From positions 576,001 through 640,000 of the forward strand of contig CAWFSF010000005.1 in the NCBI GenBank assembly GCA_963818475.1: DNA of 64,000 nt. Reading direction: 5' to 3'. Every line of letters starts with the position of its first letter. Position 1 is the first letter of the stretch. Below the pieces are notes generated by a model. That model saw only the letters and a program-made list of their open reading frames with translations, made no database searches and had not been told where the DNA came from. Below are positions 53,060-62,021 of this stretch, one piece after another. Made by a program: the position numbers and the translations under genes. The DNA is from Nitrospirota bacterium. GTDB taxonomy: Bacteria > Nitrospirota > UBA9217.

Positions 53060-56052
53060 TTAAAAAGCAAACACAACTACAGCAGGGGGATATAAAACAC
53101 AGATTCCAATTGCAACAGCTGCACCCCCTATGACTATACTTCTCTGACAATTAGTGCCACACCTAGCCGGCTCTGGCTGTCGATTTGGTTCTGGTTGGAA
53201 TCCATTTCTACGAGCGCAATCCAATATTCCTCCCGGGGCATCTCCATAATTACCACCATGTGAGGTGCCGCCAAATTCACCCATTGCACCACTTGATCCA
53301 CGACACTCCCAGTGCAGATGACGTCCGTTACCAACAGCATCACCGTCAATTCTTATCCTGCAGCCGCCGCCACAACTAATCCATTGTCCACTACGATGTG
53401 CAAGACCTTGCGGATCGGCGAAATTAACGGGGGCATTTTCCACATAAACATACAGATGCTTGATATCGTCAAGATGGTTCGCCGGGTTAGGGTCGCTATA
53501 TTTATATGTAAATGTGGAATAGACACCAGTGCTTAGTGGGTCAGCCTCGATGTATTCTACCGATCACCTGGTTATAGTCACGATTAAGGTTATAATTTAG
53601 CCCCGTCTCAGCGTCGTAGTACTGCCCTGGGAATCTCAGGTTATTTGTGATCGTGCTGACCGTGATCGTCGCTTCTCCGAAGGGTTTGTAGTCCGCAGAC
53701 CAAACGACCGTGCCGGAAGCGTCCGTCATCTTCTGCGGGGTGGCAAGATGATCGTTGTGATAGTAGTACGTATTCGCCCCTTCCATCTTAGCCAGCGGTT
53801 GACCATTGAAGTATACATATTCTACTGCGATTGTACCAGCACTATTCGACTCTGCAATGATCTGTCTACTCAGGCTGTAATGGAATATCGTGGTTGCTCC
53901 ATTCACGACCTTCTTCACCCGCTGCCCGTTGCCATTGTAAGTGTAGTTGGCCGTCGTTGCCCCGTCATTCACCTGGATCAATCTCTGGTTCTGATTATAG
54001 ACATACTGCCGAGCAGCTTCTGTTGTCGTATTCCCGTTATTATCGTATCCAAAGGACTTTCCATTGGCTGTGTTCAGCTTGTTTGTATTCTGGATAGTAC
54101 GTATAGGCACCTGCATTTTCAGTCTGCCTGTTCCCTACCCCGTCATAGGTCCAGGCCAAACTGCCCCATATGCCCGATGATGTGGCTGTCCAAAGTCGAT
54201 CAAGATTATCGTAGCTGAAGCTCTTGTTCTTTGAAGCATCGAGGCTGTCCGTAATGGCCGTTATGTTCCCATTGCTGTCATATCCGGTATAGCTGAGGCT
54301 CAGTACCGACCCTGCTGTTACGGAACTGACCCGATACTGGTTGTCGTATCCGATGGTGCCGCTCAAGCCATTGCCATAGGTGATCGCATTCATCCCGCCA
54401 AAGGGCTTGTAAGTGATATTCGATGCGAGATTGGCTGCACCGTTCAGAACGGTCACTGCGCGGTCGTTGGTGTAGTTGTACGTAATGACCTTGCCTGACG
54501 GATAGGTCATGGTCTTCAGGTTCCCGTTCATGTCGTAGGTGTATTGCGTGACGTACTGAACGCTGTCGATGGCCTTGGTCTCTTTTTTGACCTGCCCCTT
54601 TGGGGTGTACTCATAGGCAGCCGTGCCTGCTGCATCGGTCATGCTGAGCAGAGACGGCCCTTGCCGTTCGCGCAGGTGTCATAGGAATAGACCGTGTCAG
54701 TGTCAGACGGATAAGTCGATTGTCGTCAGTCGATTCAACGCATCATAGACATAAGTGATGGTTACGCCATTCGCGGCGGTCTTTGAGATCAGGTTCCCGG
54801 CGGGATCGTAGCCGTAGGTCGTTGTGCCGGTGTCGGGCGAGATGACCTGGTAGACTCTACCTTTGTCGTCGTAGATGTAGGTGGTGGCATTGTTGTTGGC
54901 ATCGGTTACCGTGGTCAGGTTGTTGTTGGAGTTGTAGCCGTAGCCGGTAGTAATCGTGCCGGGCTGGATGGTTGCTATCAGCCGGCTCAGCGCGTCATAC
55001 GAGTACGTTGTGAGCGTCGAGTTCGGAGTTCGGAAAGAGAGCCTATTGCCTCTGGAGTCATATGAGTATTCGGTATAGCTGGCATCGGGATTGGTAGTCC
55101 TCTTCAGCCTGTTCAAAGCATCATACTGGTAGCTCAGGCTCCTCTGGAGGCTGTTGCCCGCATCCCTGATCTCTTCCGTGAGCTTGTTGCCCTCGGAGTC
55201 ATAGGTATAGTTGATGCTGTTTCCAAGACTATCACTGATGCTGGCGAGATTGCTGTTGGCGTCATATCCGTAGGTTATGGCGTTCCCTTCCGGCAGAGTA
55301 ATATGATCGATCTTGTTCGCCCCTCCGCAGGAGGTGCAGCCTCCCGCGACGTAGGCATATTGCGTGGAGCCGGTGTCGCCTGCTGCCGTGACCGTAAGCA
55401 CCCGTCCGCTATCGTCATAGGTATAGGCAGTGCTGTTGCCGTTCGGGTCAAGGACGGTCCGGGGGTTGCCGAGAGCGTCGTGGTTGCTGTAGGTCGTTGT
55501 GCCGATAATCGGCTGGGTCGTTGAGGTCAGGAACCCGGTCATAGGGTCATAGGCATAGCTCGTAAGGTCCGTCACATCGGTCCTGGGACCGTCGATGCTC
55601 GTGAGCTTGCCGTTGGTATAGCCATAGGTCGTGGTATAGGAGTAGGCCGTGCCGCTGCCCAGAAGTCCTGCCTCGGTCGTGGTCAGAAGATTGCCGGTCG
55701 CATTGTCATAGGTGTTGGTGACGGTCTTGTTCTGATTCGGGTCGACAACGCTTGCTACGATCTCCTGCGCCAGTTTATGGAACGTGGCCGAGGTGGCTTG
55801 TGGGTCGATCTCATACTGGTAGATGTACATCGTGGTCTTCTGAATGGCGTCCCAGTCGCTCGGGCTGGGTTTGCTTGCCTCGGTCTTGGTCTTCAGGTTG
55901 CCGTAGGTGTCATAAGTGTAATCGTTGGCTGATCTAAGCACAAGGACGGGTACGGAAGGACTTCCCGTGTTTTCCCAGTATTCTTCTCGGGTGATCTTGG
56001 CCTGGCTGTTTCTTGCATAGGTCGTGACATTCCCGAGGGTGTCGGTCTCTTT
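53060..56052 (-). pseudogene. Orphan Rhs core plus variant C-terminal toxin tip (5'-truncated, several indels)
   Basis: Paralog of the full Rhs from KETD onward; NLRFPGQYYDAETGL; DPQGL; distinct tip. Confidence 0.85.
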
Positions 56053-56223
56053 AGGAATCGGAGGAATTTATTGTAGTCGGCCGTTTCTCTGAAGATCTGC
56101 TGGCGCTGGTTCCCCCGCGTAATCACGTGGTAGAAGGCACCTTCAAACTCGATGCGGGGTTTCCGTGGCATGCGGAGAGACAATCACTCGAAGGGGAGAA
56201 TGTCAATTCTAAAGTCTGACCCC
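56053..56223 (-). mobile_element. RAYT-like transposase 5' stub with GGGGTCAGAC terminus (copy 2)
   Basis: MPRKPRIEFEGAFYHVITRGNQRQQIFRETADYNKFLRFL, then Rhs sequence. Confidence 0.85.
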
Positions 56224-56239
56224 AATATGCCTTGCCTGA

Positions 56240-57227
56240 GTGTCCGTGCTGTTTTTTCGTAAAACTCAGAATTCAAGAGCGCCTCTTCGCCCGCGCAATT
56301 GCCTTTGCAATGCTGGACGTATTCACCCCGACATGCCGCGCGATCTCGGCGAGCGGCGAACCCAGTTCATCAATGCATCGCTTGGCTATGTTCATCCGAA
56401 GCACGCTCACCTGTTTTCTTCGGCCGCCGTTCTTAAGCTCAACAGGGCTTATCTGCGCCTTTCACACCTTCGTCGATGATCGATGCGATGGTCTTTCCGC
56501 TTCGGCGTATTTTCAACTGGCGTTTAGTCTTTTCCTCGGTTTCCTTGAGGATCGCATTCACGAAATCGCCGCCACCAAGAATCCGCTCATCAGATTCTTC
56601 TGGTGTTCCCGTCCTTCGGGCAGACAGGACCTGGGACCAGCCGCCCTTGCTTCTGATCAGTCCGCCGCCGGTAAACTCCGGATTGTGCCCCATGCTCATG
56701 CCTTCCGCAATGAATCGGTGATATGCGTTCGGGCAGCTCTCTTGCGCGAGCCAAACTGGTTCAGGACGTAATCCGTGTCCATCCATTCGTGATTTGTTTT
56801 GCCCATGACGGCCCGATGGATAAAGCACGTTTTCTTGAACGGCTCGGCCAGAACGTCATAGATGGACAATCTCGACCCGAAATACCTCAACCAGGGGGTT
56901 AGTAAGGCATAGGCCGGACTGAAAATTGAATTTCGACGTAGAGAGCCCGGGACACAACGTTGAGGCGAATGACCTCGTGAGGGACAATACAGGGCCTCTC
57001 ATAGAACTTGAGAATCTGGATAAGGGATGCTTGGCGGCAACGGCACGCCGGATATTTATAACGCTTAGAGAGCAAGTTCGCTTTACGTGAGAAAATCGTC
57101 GAAGAAAATGCTGATGTCCGAACAGGACGCATGGGTGAAATGCGTCTTCAAGAAAAACCGTCTGTTATCGTATTGGAATTTCAGCGAAAGCAAGTTGCAC
57201 TTGACAAGGGGGCTATAGGATAACCCC
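56240..57227. mobile_element. Longer copy of the non-autonomous RAYT-remnant element
   Basis: RAYT 3' half (minus, about 56275-56818), inverted RAYT piece, shared 255-bp segment, end GGATAACCCC. Confidence 0.75.
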
Positions 57228-57234
57228 AAGATGC

Positions 57235-57532
57235 GCGTTACTCGCAGCGAGAGTTTGCCGCCGAGGTTGGGATATCTCAAAGGATGGTGGTCTACTACGA
57301 GAAGGCGAGCGAACGCATACCGCTGCAGCTGCTGCCGGTGTTCGCTAAAGTGCTGCGGGTTTCTTCAGATCAACTGTTTGGGATCGAAACGGTGAAGGGC
57401 AATGGCCGGACGCACGATAACCGCCTCTGGCGGCGGTTCAGCCAGGTGGAAAAGCTGCCGCCGCCGAAGCGTAAACAGATCGTGCAGATTCTCGATGCGT
57501 TCCTGGAAAGTGAGAAGGTAAAGAAGGGGTAG
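57235..57532 (+). pseudogene. 5'-truncated XRE-family HTH regulator
   Basis: YSQREFAAEVGISQRMVVYYE...LWRRFSQVEKLPPPKRKQIVQILDAFL; first helix missing. Confidence 0.7.
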
Positions 57533-57560
57533 GGGCTGAAATAACGCACCGTGTTTGCTT

Positions 57561-58010
57561 CTATTTTTTCTCATTATTGTTTGAAAACCACTTCATCATG
57601 ATCACTTGAACGCAGCCCTGTTCATTTCTATCCAGCGAAATCGTTAGTTGATCAGAAGAAACACGCCAAACCTTCGGTCCAATCTTTTTATTGTTCAACT
57701 TATCTACCGCCCACTTTCCATAAAGACTATCAATTTCACTTTTCACAACTTCAAACTTCACTTGTTCGCCAAACGTAAACATTAAGCCAACAACTATACC
57801 TTCTCTCAAATCAATGGATATTTCATCTGGAAAAGCAGCATGTGCTTCTTGATTCCTCTTATCGAAGAATGAAACACCTTCGGCTATTTTAGAGCCAATT
57901 ACGCCAGGATTTGGTAAAAAAAGGGCGTCAGCCGCAATAGCCATCTTATTAGCTAAAAATAATCCCAATATAGAGAGCAGTATAGCTGAACGCTTGATTA
58001 CTATTTGCAT
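57561..58010 (-). CDS. Secreted putative immunity protein of the full-length Rhs
   Basis: Overlaps the Rhs stop; AT-rich; signal peptide. Confidence 0.7.
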   Translation of the reverse strand: MQIVIKRSAILLSILGLFLANKMAIAADALFLPNPGVIGSKIAEGVSFFDKRNQEAHAAFPDEISIDLREGIVVGLMFTFGEQVKFEVVKSEIDSLYGKWAVDKLNNKKIGPKVWRVSSDQLTISLDRNEQGCVQVIMMKWFSNNNEKK

Positions 58011-61000
58011 GCCTTATCGCATCCTTTCTCACACCATTTTTTTGCATCGCCTTCAAGCGAATCGCAGATGCAATGACATAAAGCTACATCCTTCATTGGA
58101 TTCTTCGCAGAAAAGCAAGCATTACATTTTTTCAAGCACTCATCAAAATCTGTAATAGGTTGGCAATAGCAATAACATCTATCGTTACTGTTCGGGAATT
58201 TATTACATCCCTGCATGTAGGCAGTAACAGAGTTTCTTCCATCGGGATCAATTTTGTTTAGTGGATTATTTTCTGTGTACAGATAAAGACTTAAATCACT
58301 AATAATTCCCGGATGGGGACGACGAAGACTGAGTCTTAAACGTGAAGCAGTCATCTGAATGAGGCCCGTATTCCAAGGGTCCGGTTCGACGTATCTTCCA
58401 ATTACCGGATTATAGTCTCTGAAGTAATTGTAGTGCAGTCCTGTTTCAACATCGAAGTACTGCCCAGGGAACCGGAGGTTATTCGTGATCGTGCTGACCG
58501 TGATTGTCACTTCGCCGAACGGCTTGTAGTCCGCCGACCAAACAACCGTCCCGGAAGCATCCGTCATCTTCTGCGGTGTGCCTAAATGATCGTTGTGGTA
58601 GTAGTACGTATTCGCCCCCTCCAGTTTTGCCAGCGGCTGACCATTCAAGTATACATATTCCGCTACGATAGTTCCAGCACTATTCGACTCTGCAATGATC
58701 TGTCCACTCAGGCTGTAATGGAATATAGTGGTTACTCCGTTCACGACCTTCTTCACCCGCTGACCGTTGCCATTGTAAGTGTAGTTAGCTGTCATTGATC
58801 CGTCATTCACCTGAATCAATCTCTGGTTTTGGTTGTAGACATACTGGCGAGCAGCTTCTGTTGTCGTATTCCCGTTGTTGTCGTACCCGAACGCTATTCC
58901 ATTGGCAGTGTTCAACTTGTTGGTATTCTGATAGTACGTATAGGCATTCGTATTCTCGGTCTGCCTGTTCCCCACTCCATCGTAAGTCCAGGTCAAACTG
59001 CCCCATATGCCCGTCGATGTGGCTGTCCAAAGCCGGTCAAGGTTATCGTAGGTAAAGCTTTTGTTCTTTGAAGCATCGAGACTGTCCGTAATGGCTGTTA
59101 TGTTCCCATTGCTGTCATATCCGGTATAGCTGAGGTTCAGTACACCCCCTGCTGCTATGGAGCTGATCCTATACTGGTTGTCGTATCCGATCGTGCCGCT
59201 CAGGCCATTGCCGTAGGTGATCGCATTCATGCCGCCGAAGGGCTTGTAAGTGATATTCGATGCGAGGTTGGCGGCACCATTCAGAACACTGACTGCCCTG
59301 TCGTTGGTGTAGTTGTAGGTGGTCACCTTGCCTGACGGGTAGGTCATGGTCTTCATGTTCCCGTTCATGTCGTACGTGTATTGCGTTACGTACGTCACAG
59401 TGTCGATTACCTTGGTCTCTTTTTTGACCTGTCCTTTTGGCGTGTATTCGTAGCTGGTCGTTCCTGATGCATCGGCCATGGAACAGAGACGGCCCTTGCC
59501 GTTTAAGCAGGTGTCGTATGAATAGACCGTGTCTGTATCTGCCGGATAGTTGATGGTCGTCAACCGATTCAGTGCGTCGTAGGTATAGGAAATCGTGACT
59601 CCCTTTGCGTCGGTTTTAGTCAGGAGATTCCCTGCCGGGTCATACGAGTATGTCGTCGTACCGGTGTCCGGGGAGATGACTTGATAGACCCTACCTTTGT
59701 CGTCGTATACGTAGGTGGTGGCGTTATTGTTGGCATCGGTGACCGTGGTCAGGTTGTCGTTTGAGTTGTAGCCGTAGCCGGTAGTGACCGTTCCGGGCTG
59801 GATAGTTGCTACCAACCGGTTCAGCGCGTCATACGAGTAAGTTGTGAGCGTTGAGTTCGGAGTTCGGAGTGAGAACCTATTGCCTCGTGAGTCATAGCCA
59901 TACTCGGTGTAGCTGCTGTCAGGATTCGTGGTCCTTTTAAGCTTATTCAGGGCATCGTACTGGTAGCTCAGGCTCTTCTGGAGGCTGTTGCCTGCGTCCC
60001 TGATCTCTTCCGTGAGCCTGTTCCCCTCGGAGTCATAGGTATAGTTGATGCTGTTGCCAAGGCTGTCGCTGATGCTGGCGAGATTGCTGTTGGCATCATA
60101 GCCGTAGGTTATGGTGTTCCCTTCCGGCAGGGTAATATGATCGATCTTGTTCGCCCCTCCGCAGGAGGTGCACCCTCCGGCGACGTAGACATATTGCGTA
60201 GGGCTGGTGTCACCTGCTGCCGTGACCGTAAGCACCCGTCCGTTATCGTCATAGGTATAGGCAGTGCTGTTGCCGTTCGGGTCAAGGACGTTTCGGGGAT
60301 TGCCGAGGGCGTCGTGGTTGCTGTAGGTCGTTGTGCCGATCAGCGGCTGGGTCGTTGAGGTCAGATACCCGGTTGTCGGATCATAGGCATAGCTCGTAAG
60401 GTCCGTCACTTCGGTCCTGGGGCCGTCGATGCTCGTGAGCTTGCCGTTGGTATAACCATAGGTCGTGGTATAGGAGTAGGCCGTGCCGCTGCCCAGAAAC
60501 CCGGCATCGGTCATGGTCAGGAGATTGCCGGTCGCGTTGTCATAGGTGTTGGTGACGGTCTTATTCTGATTCGGGTCAACTACGCTTTTTTCGATCTCCT
60601 GGGCCAGTTTGTGGAACGTGGCAGTTGTGGCTAACGGGTCGATCTCATACTGGTAGATGTACGTCGTGGTCTTCTGAATAGCAGCCCAGTCGCTTGGGCT
60701 GGGTTTGCTTGCCTCTGTTTTGGTCTTCAGGTTACCGTAGGTGTCGTAGGTGTAATCGTTGGCTGATCTAAGCACAAGGACGGGTACGGAGACAGTTCCT
60801 GTGTTTTCCCAGTATTCTTCCCGGGTGATCTTTGTCTGGCTGTTTCTTGCATAGGTCGTGACGTTGCCTACGGTGTCGGTCTCTTTTACGACCTGTCCGT
60901 TCTCGCCGAATTCTACGGTCCGAATGTTCGTGTTCAGGACCGTGCCGGAGCTGTCTTTGATCGTGGTCGTGACTTTTGTCTTTGTATAAGGCGTGATGTA

Positions 61001-61978
61001 CTCGAAGTCGATTACGCCTGTTCCGTGGGTCTGTTTGGTCACCCGTCCGTTGGTATAGGTATTTACATACTCGCCCTTTCCTTCGTCCACGCTCGTCATG
61101 AGATGCATGTTGTTGGGATTGGTATATCCGTAGGTGATGCTTGCCTCGGGGCCGGTGACGGAGGTAAGGTTGCCGATGTTGTCGTGGCCGTAGTTAACTG
61201 TCCTTCTGCTGTCGGTGATGCTGCTGAGCCTGCCGTTAAGGTCGTATGCGAAGGTTACTTGCGCGCCGGTCAGGTTCCCGGAGGCGTTTTTTTCCTCTAT
61301 TTTGTAGATCTTGTAATCGTAAGCCACGATGAGCGGGGTCGTCCCGACATTGTAGAGCAGAAGGCCCATGAGACCGTCACGGACCTGGGCGGTATAGGTG
61401 ATCGTGATGGAGGCTCCTGTTGCGTCTATAAGCTGGATAAGCCGGCCCTGGGGATCATAAATGTCCCTGGCCCCGCTTTTGTCGGTGAAGGTGTAGCTGT
61501 CGTCAGCGTTCTGGACAAGGGTGCCGCTTTCGCCGAGGGGAGTGATGTAGCCTCCTACGCTCCAGGTGAACCGCCGTTTCCAGCCGCATTCTTTTCTGAG
61601 GGTGACGGAGCCGTCGGGGTAGGTGTAGAGTCTGCGGTCGTAGTTAACTGCCCAGCCGTAGCCCAGGGGGCTGTCGTAGCCGGAGCGGCTGTTGTAGATC
61701 CGCCGAACCGCGATGGGGTAGAGGTTTCCGATGGTAAGATCGGTGCGGGAGGTGGTTTCAGCGCCGGCCAGCAGGTTGATGGGTTTGCCGGCAAGGCCGG
61801 GGATATAGCCGTTCATGCTGGGTGCAGGGTCGTCTGCGCAGGCGGCGATGTCGTCGGTGTCATTCATGACGGCATCCTGCCTGGTGGCGCTTTCCGAAAC
61901 CGCTAGTGCATGGGCAACATCCGGGACATAACCCGAAATGAGAACTGCAAGCAGCAATAAACCTGTCAACCTACGCAT
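58001..61978 (-). CDS. Rhs/YD-repeat polymorphic toxin, 1325 aa, Sec signal + DUF6531-like plug, Cys-rich tip
   Basis: Signal peptide; PINLLAG..R.YNS..LGYGW; YD repeats; DHLGTP; NLRFPGQYFD.ETGLHYN.FRDY; DPDGR. Confidence 0.95.
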   Translation of the reverse strand: MRRLTGLLLLAVLISGYVPDVAHALAVSESATRQDAVMNDTDDIAACADDPAPSMNGYIPGLAGKPINLLAGAETTSRTDLTIGNLYPIAVRRIYNSRSGYDSPLGYGWAVNYDRRLYTYPDGSVTLRKECGWKRRFTWSVGGYITPLGESGTLVQNADDSYTFTDKSGARDIYDPQGRLIQLIDATGASITITYTAQVRDGLMGLLLYNVGTTPLIVAYDYKIYKIEEKNASGNLTGAQVTFAYDLNGRLSSITDSRRTVNYGHDNIGNLTSVTGPEASITYGYTNPNNMHLMTSVDEGKGEYVNTYTNGRVTKQTHGTGVIDFEYITPYTKTKVTTTIKDSSGTVLNTNIRTVEFGENGQVVKETDTVGNVTTYARNSQTKITREEYWENTGTVSVPVLVLRSANDYTYDTYGNLKTKTEASKPSPSDWAAIQKTTTYIYQYEIDPLATTATFHKLAQEIEKSVVDPNQNKTVTNTYDNATGNLLTMTDAGFLGSGTAYSYTTTYGYTNGKLTSIDGPRTEVTDLTSYAYDPTTGYLTSTTQPLIGTTTYSNHDALGNPRNVLDPNGNSTAYTYDDNGRVLTVTAAGDTSPTQYVYVAGGCTSCGGANKIDHITLPEGNTITYGYDANSNLASISDSLGNSINYTYDSEGNRLTEEIRDAGNSLQKSLSYQYDALNKLKRTTNPDSSYTEYGYDSRGNRFSLRTPNSTLTTYSYDALNRLVATIQPGTVTTGYGYNSNDNLTTVTDANNNATTYVYDDKGRVYQVISPDTGTTTYSYDPAGNLLTKTDAKGVTISYTYDALNRLTTINYPADTDTVYSYDTCLNGKGRLCSMADASGTTSYEYTPKGQVKKETKVIDTVTYVTQYTYDMNGNMKTMTYPSGKVTTYNYTNDRAVSVLNGAANLASNITYKPFGGMNAITYGNGLSGTIGYDNQYRISSIAAGGVLNLSYTGYDSNGNITAITDSLDASKNKSFTYDNLDRLWTATSTGIWGSLTWTYDGVGNRQTENTNAYTYYQNTNKLNTANGIAFGYDNNGNTTTEAARQYVYNQNQRLIQVNDGSMTANYTYNGNGQRVKKVVNGVTTIFHYSLSGQIIAESNSAGTIVAEYVYLNGQPLAKLEGANTYYYHNDHLGTPQKMTDASGTVVWSADYKPFGEVTITVSTITNNLRFPGQYFDVETGLHYNYFRDYNPVIGRYVEPDPWNTGLIQMTASRLRLSLRRPHPGIISDLSLYLYTENNPLNKIDPDGRNSVTAYMQGCNKFPNSNDRCYCYCQPITDFDECLKKCNACFSAKNPMKDVALCHCICDSLEGDAKKWCEKGCDKACK

Positions 61979-62021
61979 GAAATCCTCCTACTAATAATTG
62001 GTGGTACATAATACGCTGTTT

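Noticed and set aside
51575-60886. Diversity-generating retroelement (TR/VR) explaining the Rhs copies
   Set aside because: No reverse transcriptase in the window, and differences are not adenine-specific.
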